Positions 22,064-34,360 of a stretch of 64,000 bases of DNA are shown piece by piece. Numbering within the stretch: the stretch's first letter is position 1; each line of letters begins with the position of its first letter. Both the position numbers and the translations under genes were made by a program. Source of the DNA: Blepharisma stoltei ATCC 30299 (taxonomy: Eukaryota > Protista > Ciliophora); NCBI GenBank assembly GCA_965603825.1, contig CBFDEM010000002.1:1-64000 (forward strand), written 5' to 3'. Below the pieces are notes generated by a model. That model had not been told where the DNA came from. It did not search any database and was given only the letters and a program-made list of their open reading frames with translations.

Positions 22064-23515
22064 TTACTGAGTTCTTTTTTTGGCTTTTTTCAGCTGCTTT
22101 ATTTGCTTTTCTAAACTTTCGTCAGGAACTACTCTTTTTTCTGCTTGCTGGTTTAAAAATTCTTTAGTTGACCTTTGTGAGAGTAAAATTTCGTTGCTTT
22201 CTACTTGTTCTTGGAATCTAGCCAGCTTTAGCAGTTTGTTTTCGAGAATTTTCTTTTGACATACCTCTTTTCGTTCGCTTTTCTCTTTTTGCTTCTGGGC
22301 TTCTTGCTGCTTTTTATACTTTTCTTCCTAATTTAACTTTACAAGTGATCGCTTATATTCAATTTCTCTGAGAAATTCCCTTTGTTCTTCTAATTTCAGC
22401 TCTTTTTTGAACTCTCTTTCTCTATCTCACATCGCCTTTTTTTGCTTTTGCTTCTCTAGGACTAAATTAAATTTTTCTTTTTCAATGATTTTTTGAAGCA
22501 TAGCTTTATCAGCGATTTCTATTACATTTGTAGTGCTGCCGTCTTCTTTTGTTGGGCTTTGAGAGGTAGCTTTTCCTAACAGTAAAGATGAATTCATAGA
22601 TGCAGACTTTTGAATTTTAGCTTTAGGCTGCTTTTCAGGAATTGACCTTGAGTGGTTAACTTCATAGAGTTTTGCTGCACAGCTTAGGAATTTATATAAA
22701 TGAGCCAACTCTCTATACTCTTCTTTTTCAAAATCTTTTTCTTTAATGCATGATAAATGGGTTTTGATATCCTGGATATGAGCATCGGAGATTTTATTTG
22801 ACTCAACTAATTTTTCTACTTTTCTTAATTTTTGGACAATTAGTCCTGGCTGGGCTAAAGAACTTAGAAAACCTTCTCATGGGTGAAATCGTAGGACATC
22901 AATATCATATAGAACTAAAAATGCAATTCCTATATTTTCATATGGTAGCCCTGGATTTTTAATTGTTTTCAGCTTGTCTATATATTTAACAGTCATTTTT
23001 GATATAGTCTCATTTAACTCAGAAATAATTTCACTTTTTCTAGGAAATATTTTAGGCTTGGGTGGCTTATTTGATATTTCTGAGTTTGCAGGCGTTTTTA
23101 TAGAGTTTTGGTTTCGTGATGATGACTCAGTTGCTGAATCTAAGGAAACTCTAAATGATAATGGAACGTAAAAATTTTTAGGAGTTTTTGTACCAAATGC
23201 AGGCTTTAAATTATAGTCACCTTTAAGCTCTGAAATTTTGTCTTTCAGCTCTAGGGCAGGCTCATTATGATGTTCTGGAAGAGCTTTAGGTTTAGAAAAA
23301 ACAAGAAAAACAAATTTCTCTGTAGTGATTTTTTTCGGTTTAAAAGGCAAGTTAAAAATAGCTGAATCTTTATCTTCATTAGGAAAAGTGATGCCATTAA
23401 TTATATCTGTGATAATTTTATGGACTAGCTCTTCTAGTTGATTTAAAATTGGGTCTTCTGAAACTATAGACGCTTCAACTGCAGCTTCGTTTATTTCATT
23501 TTGCAAGTCGCTCAT
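22064..23515 (-). CDS. Hypothetical protein with C-terminal coiled coil; intron 22328-22342
   Basis: ATG at 23515; frame continuous through two TGA and one 15-nt intron to TAA at 22064. Confidence 0.7.
22328..22342 (-). other. 15-nt intron GTAAAGTTAAATTAG
   Basis: In-frame TAG; removal continues the coiled-coil frame for ~87 codons. Confidence 0.8.
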
Positions 23516-23556
23516 ATTTTTCACAGTCTCTTAATTTTATTTTAAACTAATTAAAT

Positions 23557-25134
23557 ATGAGTTTTGGGAAAACAAATCTAAAGCCCTTAGATGATTCTGT
23601 GGCTGAGCAGCCTTCATCTCCTGAGTCCCCATTTCCAGGAGGAACTATTTTTCAAAACAATATTTTTGCTTTAGAGACTCCTAGGTGGCTTAGCAAAGCT
23701 CACTATTTTGAAGGTCCTGAGTTTGCTGAAGAAGAAATTGATGTCGTTAACGAAGAAATTACGAACCAAGAAAATATTTTTAAAAGCTGTATGCGCACCA
23801 AGACGACGTATAGTGAGACAAGCAGTTCAAATCCAATCTCAAAACAATCTTTTTTTTCTAGCAGAACTAAAAGTGTTATTGTGCATAAGACTGATTTCAG
23901 CTTTGCGAATGATGTTGAAGAGCTCAATAGTGCCAAAGAAAGATTTACAGCTTTACACTGTTTATTACTATCAAAACTTAAAATAGGGCGTTTTGCTTAT
24001 AAAAAGTGACTCAGCAATTGGAAAAGAGTGACCATATTTAAAAATAACAGATCTGAGCAAGGATTTTCTCAGTACTGGAAACTCCAGTATGTGATTGAGA
24101 AGTTTCAAGGCAAAATAATAGAAAATGAAAATAAATCGGATCAGCTAGACAAAGCTAAAATTAAAAATGCCTTAAATAGAATGAAGCTGAGAGCTGAGCA
24201 GATCAAAAAGAAAGAAATAAGAAAAAGGTGGCTGGTAAGGAGAATTTATATAAAACTTTCCAAAAATTTGAATACCTGATATAAGGAAACTTTTCACAAA
24301 ATAAGAATATATGGAAAGGTTAAGAGTTTTAAATTAGAAGGACTGAAAAAAATACGAGCAATCTTAGAGAGGCATTGCCCATTAGAAGAGAGGTTTAAAC
24401 TTTGAAAAGAAAGCATGAAAGATAAAGATGTCTATAGCTATATTTTAGAAGATGAAATTATTATTCCTGGAATTAAGAAGAAATTAGGAATAGGAAAAAT
24501 TGAGAAAGGCAAAAAGAGCATTTTTCGATCATTAAATATCATCAAGACCAAACTGAACAATAAAAAACAAGTATCAATAAAAGACACAGTCGATTTATCC
24601 TCGCTTCACAAAATTAAAGATAATGCCATGCTTTTGGTTTATGGAATAAACCAATTTATTGAAAATCAAAAGAAGCTAATTGAAAAATCATTAGACAGAG
24701 AACTGTTAGCGTTGAATGAATCAATTGAAGCTTTAAATCAAGAAAAAGTTAAATCAGAACTTCAACGTAGCTTATTGGAAAATCAAATTGATAGTCTCAA
24801 ACTTAGCAACCAAAAAACTGAAGAATTAATTTTACTGTTAAAAAGTTCATCATCTAAATTAACTCTTGACAAGCTAGAAACCAAACATCAAGACTATCCT
24901 ATAAGCCCAACTGACAGCAAAAGATTATTCAACTCTCTCCCACTACCCAGAAAGCGTAACTTCTTAAGTTTCAGCTCTTCTCACACGCTTTTATCTAAAA
25001 CAAAAACAAACTCTCCTAAAATCAACTCCGAACCTGTCAGAATTAAGCTTAAAGTCTCCTCCTCACTAAGTCCATTACACCTTCTTTTTCTCTCCTTTCT
25101 TATTGGCTGCTTCCTCTGTTATTTAATTTCTTAA
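23557..25134 (+). CDS. Hypothetical coiled-coil protein with C-terminal TM anchor (525 aa)
   Basis: Three ORF pieces in one frame via TGA; ends LHLLFLSFLIGCFLCYLIS*, typical of a tail anchor. Confidence 0.7.
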
Positions 25135-25169
25135 TAATCCTCATTTTCTAATTCCTTTTTCAATTGTAA

Positions 25170-27788
25170 ATGGCTTATTTCAGCAATAGCAACAGAGGGG
25201 AAATCCCTGAACTTCAAGCCGAGCTCAACTCCTTAAAGCAAGACCAAAAGCGAGAAGCCGTCAAAAAAGTGATCGCAGCCATGACCGTCGGCAAAGATGT
25301 TTCAGCGCTTTTTCCACATGTCGTGAAATGTATGGAAATCAATAACATCGAACTCAAAAAACTAGTCTATCTCTATATCATCAATTATGCAAAAACTCAG
25401 CCTGACCTTGCCATTATGGCAGTCAATTCTTTTAGGAAGGACGCAAGGAACCCTCAAAGTCCTTTGATTCGAGCTTTAGCAGTCAGGACTATGGGCTGTA
25501 TTCGAGTCGAAAAAATCACTGAGTATCTCTGTGAGCCCTTGAAAGATGCGCTGCAAGACCAAGACCCATATGTAAGGAAGACAGCTGCCATTTGCGTTTC
25601 TAAGCTGTTTGACATTGCGCCAGAACTAGTAGAAGACACAGATTTCTTGAATTTGCTGCAATCTGGGCTTAATGATGGAAATGCGTTGGTTCTGAGTAAC
25701 ACTGTAGCAGCACTTACTGAGATCAGTGAGATGAGAGGGTCGCCAGTGGTGACGCTAAATCCTCAGACCATCAACAGGATTCTGGCAGCATTGAACGAAA
25801 GCACTGAGTGGGGTCAAGTTTTTATACTAGATTTCATAGCAACTTATGTCCCTGCAGACTCTAAAGAAGCCGAAAGTATCCTCGAAAGAGTTGTCCCTCG
25901 TCTGGCCCACGCAAACCCAGCAGTGGTTATGTCAGCTGTAAAAGTAATAATGAAATACCTCGACATGATAAGCTCCCCTGACTCCATCCGCTCTCTCTGC
26001 AAAAAACTTGCCCCAAGCCTCGTAACTTTGGTCAACTCAGAACCTGAAATCCAGTACGTCGCTTTAAGATGCATCAATTTAATAGTCCAAAAGCGCCCTA
26101 ACATCCTCGACAAAGAAGTCAGAGTTTTCTTCTGCAAGTTCAACGACCCAAATTACGTGAAAATGGAAAAGCTCGAAATCATGATCAGACTTGCCGACAG
26201 CAAGAACATCGAACAAGTTTTGCACGAGTTCTGTGACTATGCAACTGAAATTGACGTAGATTTCGTCAGAAAAGCTATACAAGCAATAGGAAGATGCGCG
26301 ATAAAGCTGGAAAGGTCAGTCGATAAATGTGTCCAAGCATTGCTGGATTTGATTAAATTAAAAGTCAGCTATGCAGTTCAAGAAATCATTATAGTAGTCA
26401 GGGATATTTTCAGGAAATATCCGAATAGGTTTGAAATGATCATTAGGGACATTTTCCAGAGCATTGACTCACTTGATAACCCTGATGCAAAATCAGCTTT
26501 AATTTGGATTATTGGAGAGTATGCGGATAAAATTGATGATGCAGGCACACAACTGGCAAGTCTGTCAGAAAGCTTTGTGGATGAACCATTGCAGGTCCAA
26601 TTGCAAATTTTGACGGCCACTGTCAAGTTTTTCCTCAAAAAGCCTGATGAAGGAGAAGCAATGATCACAAGTTTACTGAAGACAGCGACTGAGGAGTGCC
26701 CAAATCCAGATTTAAGGGATCGTGCTTATATTTATTGGAGGCTTTTATCGTCTGACCCTGAGGCTACAAAGCAAGTGGTTTTGTGTGAAAAGCCTTTGAT
26801 TTCTGATGCAAGCTATGTGTTTGAGTCAACGTTTTTGGACAAACTGATTGAACAGATGGGGACTTTAGCATCAATTTATCATAAACCATATGAGAACAAA
26901 GCTTCAAAGGTAAAAGCTGTGGAACAGGAAGAAGCTGGAAAAGAAGATATTGAGACTGATAATCCAACGCCTACAGCACAGCCACCATATTCTGTAGAGA
27001 ATTTGCTTGAGTTTGATATAGGTGGTGCACAGCCTATCTCAGTGCCAAATAAGGCAAAAGTTCCTCTACAGGTAGTTTTAACTAAAGAAACTCCAGGCTC
27101 AAATCAACAGCAGTACGGCCTGCAAGTAGAAATGGCATTTCAAAGAGACAATGGCATTGTATTAGAATGCAACATCACTAATTACACCCAACTAGCACTC
27201 ACTGACTTTGCAATGCAGTTCAATATCAACCACTTCGGGCTTACTCTGCAAGACCCTCTATCGATTGACTCTCTCCTTCCCAACAATTCTACGACTGCCA
27301 AGCTAAGAGTTGCTACAAACAGCCAAAGCTCTCAAGATAGCCCAGGAGTTCCTTTTATTGTTCAGATGGCTATCAGATGCACCCTTGACGTATTTTACTT
27401 CCAAACTCCCTGCATGTTTACCACCCTTCTCACCGAAAACGGCCGGCTTTCGAAAGAAGCTTTTAAAGAGCAATGAAAATCGATCCCAGAGTCCAATGAG
27501 TTCTTGCACAGTCTCCAAAACATCTTTCCTCAGTACAACACACCAGATTCAATCAAAAGCCGACTAGAGGCTAACAACGTATTCCACGTTGCTACAAGAA
27601 AAGCAAAAGATACAAACGAAGAAGTTTTCTATTTCTCCAGTGAAATAACTGATGGCCGAGTTATCTTATCAGAACTAAGAATCCCAACTGCGGCATCACA
27701 AATACAGATTTCATGCAAGGTGCCGTCTACAGCGCTTGCTCCATTGTTTATCCAGGCTATTAACTTCTTGCTTTCAACTAATAGTTAA
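25170..27788 (+). CDS. AP-1/AP-2 complex beta subunit (beta-adaptin, 872 aa)
   Basis: KREAVKKVIAAMTVGKDVS, LKKLVYLY, DPYVRKTAA and NPDLRDRAYIYWRLLS. The appendage domain continues through FKEQW(TGA)KSIP. Confidence 0.96.
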
Positions 27789-27805
27789 TTATCAACTTCA
27801 TATAA

Positions 27806-29062
27806 TTATTGTTTATATTTACTAAACACCAAGCTGCAGTTTAGACCTCCAAATCCAGCATTATTTGTGATACCTGCGTTTACTTCTTTTGCCCTTGGTT
27901 CTAGAACGTAATCTAGCTCTATATTTCCAACTTGAACAGGGTTTTTTAAGTTTATCAGAGGAGGGATCATGCTGTTCTTAATGCAGAGCAACAAAACAGC
28001 TGACTGGATGGCTCCGACGCCTGCCATCATATGTCCATAGTTCGCTTTGGCTGATATAATAGCTGGCTTTGTGGTTCCAAATACATTGTTAATTGCAATA
28101 ATTTCTGAAATGTCGCCTTCAATTGTTGATGTACCGTGGGCGTGAATTAAGTCTACATCTTTAGGCTCCAGTTCTGCGATTTCTAAAGCTCTTCTCATAG
28201 TTCTTGTTATTCCTTCACCTTCAGGATGAGGTCGGCTAGGGTGGAATGACTCAGAACACAGCGAGACTCCTTTTAACTCTCCATAAATATATGCATTTCT
28301 GCTTAAGGCATGGTTTAGATCTTCTAAAATCAAGCATCCAGCCCCGTCTGCTGATATAAACCCATCTCTTTTTATATCAAAAGGGCATGACGCTGTCTGT
28401 GGCCTGTCATTAGCTCTCTTATTAAGTGCTCCAAGCCTCGATAGCCCGCTTAGCAAGTAATTGTGAATGCCATTATCAGAAGTCCCAGCAACCACAACAT
28501 CAGCTTCATCACATCTGACTGTCCAAAAGGCCTCTGCTAATGAGCAGCTCCCTGCTGCACAAGCTGAGCTATACCCACTAGTGGGTCCTTTAAAGCCAAA
28601 TTTCTTTACAACATTATCTGTGGTTCCGAAAATGGAGAGATGGGAATGATAAAGATTAGGCACAGACCTTAGGCCTCCTTTTAAAACCTGTTCTACTGTG
28701 TAGACTGCTGGGGATAGATGCGACTTTGTAGCTCCCATGATTACGCCTGTTCGTTCTTTTTCAGCCTCAGAGTTAGGATTTCATTTAGCGTCTTCAAGTG
28801 CTGAGGAAGCTGCTGAGAATGCCATTGCGTTTTGTTTGTTTTTTGCGAACTAAATAAGCCTCACAGGTAAATTTTTCATGATTTCAGGGTCTATTGAGAC
28901 TTTGCCACCGATTTTTACATCAGTTTGGTCTAAATCGTTGATGTCGTCAGCTGTTAGTTTGGTTACACCAGATACACCGGAAAGTAAATTTGACCAGAGT
29001 TCGGTCAAGGTGTTGCCTAGAGGTGTTACAACGCCCATCCCTGTGACTACGACTCTTCTCAT
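27806..29062 (-). CDS. Mitochondrial-type 3-oxoacyl-ACP synthase (KAS II, FabF/OXSM-like); intron 28850-28864
   Basis: MRRVVVTGMGVVTPLG, LEDAKW(TGA)NP..ERTGV, catalytic SACAAG, HAHGTST, KANYGH and GFGGLN. Confidence 0.92.
28850..28864 (-). other. 15-nt intron GTGAGGCTTATTTAG
   Basis: In-frame TAG; removal joins the N-terminal KAS exon to the rest of the gene. Confidence 0.85.
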
Positions 29063-29806
29063 ATATGTATTTTTCAATAAAATCGGCAAATCATTTTAAA
29101 ATGGCTATTTACTATACGTTTTCTTGCAAACTGTATGGATGAGAAGGAAGAAGTGGCTTTGGGAAAGAAAACCTAGTGAATTTTAGAATTTATTGGAGTG
29201 AACAAAATATTTTTTAGGATAAAATGAGTTACTTTTGTGAAGTTTGCTTCAATTATGAGCTTTGCAGGCATAAAATGTATAAGCACAAGTAAATAAAGCA
29301 GATAAGCATGCGAAAGTATGAAGCGATTCCCCCTTGAAGGCCAAATTAATCCTGAATTCTATAAGCAGCAAATAAAAAAATCGCTGAAAAAATTATTACT
29401 TGAACAATAGGATTCTCAAAAATTTATTTTCTTATTCTTAAGCAGGTTAAGTTCTCGTAAAAGAAAACAAGAAATTAAAGCACTAAAGAAAGCTGAGTGC
29501 ACTAAAAAATTCTAATAATATGAGCTACTATTTGAATTATAAAACTACCATTCATTATTGAAATTTTCTGATAAGCATCTTTAAGCCCGAGATGCTATCA
29601 GAGTCAAAAATAAAGCTAAATTTTATAATTTTCATATATAAATCAAAAAGCTATTAAAAAATAAATTCGATTTTTTCTGCAAATCTAGCTTATTTTATAT
29701 GATTCTGATTTATTAATAAAATGACTAATCCATATTCCAAAAATCTAATTAATCAGCAGTAATTCAATTCTTAATATCATTTTACCATAACTATTCATTC
29801 TAATAA

Positions 29807-31573
29807 ATGTCAATAAAACTTTCCCCCAATGAATCACGCAGGAAAACTGTTTCCTTGAACCAACTTTTTTTCCAGCAAAATTTCAATATAGAAGGCGACT
29901 TTATTAAGCCTTCCCTGATTCAGCCATTTAAACAAAAAGTGAAAAAGAATCCCAGGTACTTTAATAATCAAACCCAAAAAAGTACAATAATTGAGAAAGA
30001 CAAGGTCTCCGATGATAACACCAGAATAAGAATGACCCCAAACAGTATTTTTGATGAGACTCCGCATCCCGTATGCAAGCCTGACACTATGGACAAATCT
30101 TCAAGCCAGCTTCTTAAGCCAGAATTCCATTTTACACCTGCTATTGCTTTGCCGACAAATCAACGCCTAAAAATTGTTCAGCCGAGGAAACTCGAGCCTA
30201 TAAGCCGACAAGATCCAGTTCGACGTCACTCTTTTGTCGAACAAGAAATACTGAGACTAAGAGATTTATTCGAGAGCGAAAGCCCTGAAAAGCTATATAA
30301 AGATTTCGAAGAAATGGTCTCTAAAAATAGGCTGCAAGAAGCTAAAATAAAAGAGCTTGAAGACCTACTGGTCATTGAGCAAAACGAAAAGCAAAACTTT
30401 GAGCAGCAAATAGAAGACTTAAATAATATCATTTCAAAATTAAACGGGCTGCTGGCCCAAGAAAGAGACAAAACAAAAAAATTAGAACAGGAAGTTACCA
30501 AAGCTATCGAAAAAATCAAATCTCTTGAAAATCCAAATAATAGCAACAATACATTGAGCGTAAAAAATGAAGGGTTACTAAAGAGGAAGACCACAAAAAT
30601 TGATGGATTTGATTTAATCCCAGAAGAAACCCCCATGAAAGTTATGAAACGAGACTTAAAAAAATACGGAATAATTACAGCTTTTATAAGAAAATTAATG
30701 GTCTTTCTCACAAGCCACAAAATAGTAGCGTCAGATTTCATTACAAGTTTGGACCCAGACTCTAAAGATCTTCTTACATATGAAGAGTTTCAAACTGCAA
30801 TTCAGAGGGTTGGGTTCAGGTCTGCTTTAAATGAGCTCCAAACAGTTTTTGATTTATTGAAAATAGGTGACCAAGTCTCAATCTCATCATTGCATTCTCA
30901 ATTGCAATCTGCAATTGATAAAGAATCTGACCACAGCTCAGATATTTCATCGCCTCCATCAATAATAACGCCAAATCGAGGCTCATTTACAAAAATGTCT
31001 ATAGTTATCCCAGATACCAAGGTAAAAACATTTTTGGAAGATTTTGAAGAAAATTTTGACTTGGCAAAAGAAGAGGTTATAGAGATTTGTGAAAAGGTCT
31101 TTCCTGATGAGGTGAGATTTGAGCATATGATAAAGTTGTTTTTGACGGAAGAAATTCATATTGAGGACAGCGACTTGAGGAAAAAACTTGCCTCGCATTT
31201 TATTGGAGGCAAGGAAATTGTAAATAAGAAAGATGCAATTGAAGGAATTATTGAAAAATTGTTTGGGGAAAAAGACGAAACTCCAGGATTTCACGGTGAG
31301 ATTACTGAGCCGATTTTGGCACAAATTGAGTTTAAGAAAGATGAATTTTTGCATATCTGTAGAGATCAAGACAGCCAAAAAACCGGAATATTATCGTTCA
31401 ATGAGCTAGTAGATATTTTAGCAAAATTGAATATAAAGATCAGTGACAGCAGCTTAGAACAATTCATATCTGAATGCTCAGCAAAATTTGCTTCAATTGA
31501 TAAAATTGAATATGAAAATTTGCTGAGAGTGAAGTCGAACTCTTATAACAGAGGGTTTTCATTTGCATCATAG
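29807..31573 (+). CDS. Coiled-coil protein with degenerate EF-hands (588 aa)
   Basis: Long ORF with DPDSKDLLTYEEF and DSQKTGILSFNEL EF-like loops. Confidence 0.7.
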   Translation: MSIKLSPNESRRKTVSLNQLFFQQNFNIEGDFIKPSLIQPFKQKVKKNPRYFNNQTQKSTIIEKDKVSDDNTRIRMTPNSIFDETPHPVCKPDTMDKSSSQLLKPEFHFTPAIALPTNQRLKIVQPRKLEPISRQDPVRRHSFVEQEILRLRDLFESESPEKLYKDFEEMVSKNRLQEAKIKELEDLLVIEQNEKQNFEQQIEDLNNIISKLNGLLAQERDKTKKLEQEVTKAIEKIKSLENPNNSNNTLSVKNEGLLKRKTTKIDGFDLIPEETPMKVMKRDLKKYGIITAFIRKLMVFLTSHKIVASDFITSLDPDSKDLLTYEEFQTAIQRVGFRSALNELQTVFDLLKIGDQVSISSLHSQLQSAIDKESDHSSDISSPPSIITPNRGSFTKMSIVIPDTKVKTFLEDFEENFDLAKEEVIEICEKVFPDEVRFEHMIKLFLTEEIHIEDSDLRKKLASHFIGGKEIVNKKDAIEGIIEKLFGEKDETPGFHGEITEPILAQIEFKKDEFLHICRDQDSQKTGILSFNELVDILAKLNIKISDSSLEQFISECSAKFASIDKIEYENLLRVKSNSYNRGFSFAS

Positions 31574-31686
31574 AAATTAATAACATTAATCTATTTATAC
31601 ATCAATTTTATGCTAGAATTAAATAAAAAACCTCATTATTTTTTAAATTTTGAGCTAAATAATGTTGAATTACACCTTATTAAATA

Positions 31687-32328
31687 TTATGGCTGCTTCG
31701 TTATTTCTTCTTCTAATTCTTGGGTTAAAAAATTTACACTTTCGCTGATTAAGTCTTCATCAGAATTGACGTCATTATCTGCATCGCCTTTGGATTCTTC
31801 TAATTCTATTCCTATGTGTTTAAACATCGTTTCTTCTTTAAAGCATCGAAAATTTTCTGTTTGGTTAGTCTCAGGGTCTATCAGCTCGACCATCATGATA
31901 GGAACTGGCCCTGCCGATCGTTTGTCCTTTTTGCAGGTTTTTGGCTCAGTATTATCAGTTCTTTTCCTTTTCCCACTCAAGTTCCCATATTCTGGAGTTA
32001 AAAGCTGAGCAAAAGAGTGTTCCAAATTTTTATCGTCAAAATTGAGCGCTTTTTTTGCCGGCTCGCCAAAACTGTCACTCTCTTGTTTTCTGCTGTTTGA
32101 ATTAAATAAAACATCATCTAAATGCGCTGTTCGAAATGGATTTCTTGCAAATTGATTATAATCAGTCTTTTCAACAATCTCTATTGTATCTTTATCCGAT
32201 ATACTTGAAAATCTTTTCTCTGGGGTTTTTTGAGGAAAAATGCGCCTGGCTCGATAAATAGGCTTTGATGTAAAAGTGGGGAGGGATGCACAATTGTTTT
32301 GTTGCTCTGAATTGCTTTCCTTTTGCAT
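31687..32328 (-). CDS. Hypothetical protein (213 aa)
   Basis: ATG to TAA ORF with coding-like composition; acidic DADNDVNSDED near the C-terminus. Confidence 0.65.
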   Translation of the reverse strand: MQKESNSEQQNNCASLPTFTSKPIYRARRIFPQKTPEKRFSSISDKDTIEIVEKTDYNQFARNPFRTAHLDDVLFNSNSRKQESDSFGEPAKKALNFDDKNLEHSFAQLLTPEYGNLSGKRKRTDNTEPKTCKKDKRSAGPVPIMMVELIDPETNQTENFRCFKEETMFKHIGIELEESKGDADNDVNSDEDLISESVNFLTQELEEEITKQP

Positions 32329-32572
32329 TAACGTATTTAATATGATTGAGGTGGTTTGATTAAATTTAAGAGAAATTTAATAGTGCGCGGTATATGCTGA
32401 AAACATATGTATTATTTGGGCAAATAACATTTGCAATTTTTTGCCATTTTTAGAGAAATCTCTTTATTGCTAACTGAATTATCATTTGGAATTGTATTAA
32501 ATTATATAAAGATTTTGAAGATTTATTTTTATTGGAAAGAAAATAAGGTTTAGTGCATTTTTATTATTAATT

Positions 32573-34327
32573 ATGGCGACTATACTTGAAACAGCTACAA
32601 AATCCACGATTTATGCCATTGAAATATGTGAAAAGGCAAAACTTAACCAAAATATTGCATTTGATATCAAAAGAAGAATCCAATGCATTTATAGCCCACT
32701 CATAGATCTCCAGATCAACCCTTTATCTAGAAAGCAATTAGAAGCTATATCAAGGCTCAATACTACAATTTTGCATTTAGCTGAATACCTTAGCGAAATC
32801 ACGACTAAAAAAATAATTTTTCGTCTATATAGTGCTTCTCGAGAGCCTAATGAGCTTACACACATTTTTCACTCGTTAACTGGAATTCTCCAGGACTGCG
32901 AAATTAGCCTAAGCTTCAATATAAGCCAAAACATCAGACAGACAGAAATCCTAATTGAAAATATGCAAACAGAGCTTATTTCAATCCTCTCAAAAATTCA
33001 GACAATTGACGACTTTGAGAAAGAGGCAATTATCAGCGAAATTTCGACAGCAATTAAATGCAAGCCTGAAGACCTTAAAGCAATTGTCAGAGAATATATG
33101 GCTTATGTCGGGATTAGCAAAAAAGTGATTAATGAGAGAATTGATAAATTAATTGGTGAAAATCATCATAGGGAATATTTTTTAAGAAGCTCTGTAGCTC
33201 ATGAATTTTGAATGAGGGCATTTGGGGACGCAGTTAATGTCTCATGGACTGATTTTTATAGTGCTTTTATCAGTGTTTTTCTTAATTCTCTAAATTTAGC
33301 ACAGACTTATCAGAATGCTTTACTTGAATCTATTAGAGCATGGGTCGATCCTGATTTGTGTGGGATTGTGAATAAAAAAGCTTGCAATAATTTTTTTGAA
33401 AATATCTGAGATATTCCTAATAATCGTGCAAATTTTATAAGCTCAAACCAGACTGTTCATAATCCTGTGCAGTATGCAAGCTATTTGACGCTAAGAGTGT
33501 CTTCATTGCACGAAGCAAACGAAAGAATAAAAAAGGGTCAAACATTCAAAATTTCTCCTCAAGGCTACTTATATTCAAAAAACTTAAAATATGATGGTAT
33601 CACCACAATTGGCAGAAAAATTACACAAAGCCCTGTAGATTTATGCTTCCCAGACTCTGCAATCAGCGCTAGACATGCTCAAATCGCTTTTCACCCGAAA
33701 AAAGGGTATAGTCTAGTTGACCTTGGCTCGACTGGTGGTACTTATATTGAAGTGTCAAAGCCATTGCTATTAAGTGTCGGATTAATGGTTCAATTAGCCT
33801 CAAGTGATATTTTTGTAGTAAAAGATCTGAGACTTGATTTTATTCCTTCAGCACTTATCCCTGAAACTTTTTTTAAGCTGAGATCGCAGCATTCCAATAT
33901 AATTATTGAAGAATCTGAGCAGGATATTACAAATCTCCAATTAGAAGAGTCGAAAAATATTGAGGAAGTGAAAAACGAAGAAATAAAAACAATGTCGATC
34001 ATTGAAATAGAATTTGTGCTGAAAGGGCAGCATAAAGGCCAAGTTTTCAGGTTTACAAAAAATCAAGAAATTACATTAGGACGATTGCCGGAAAATACTA
34101 TTCAGTTAAATGACCCTTATGTCAGCTCTATTCACTGTCGGATAAGATTCGAAGAAAGAATTGGATGAGTTTTAGAAGATAATGGCTCAGCCAATAAAAC
34201 CTGACTCTCTTTGTCGAATTATTTTCCGTTTCAAAATAAAGAGCCGAGTCCTCCTGTATTATTAGAAGACGGGATGCATATAAAAATAGGAAATATAGAC
34301 TTTCAAGTTTCATTGTCAGAAAATTAA
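32573..34327 (+). CDS. Tandem-FHA protein with N-terminal MLKL-like helical bundle and Cbl-type EF-hand segment (584 aa)
   Basis: One frame through four TGA to TAA at 34325-34327. FHA1 is IGR..ISARHA..DLGSTGGT; FHA2 is LGR..VSSIHC..W(TGA)VLEDNGSANKTW(TGA). Confidence 0.8.
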
Positions 34328-34360
34328 ATTAAATCAATTTATTTTAAAATATTCTGATGG

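Noticed and set aside
29101-29520. Possible small Cys-rich gene (YFCEVCFNYELC) divergent from KAS
   Set aside because: It would need 13-20 nt introns that do not fit the 15/16-nt rule and has several stops; at best a relic.
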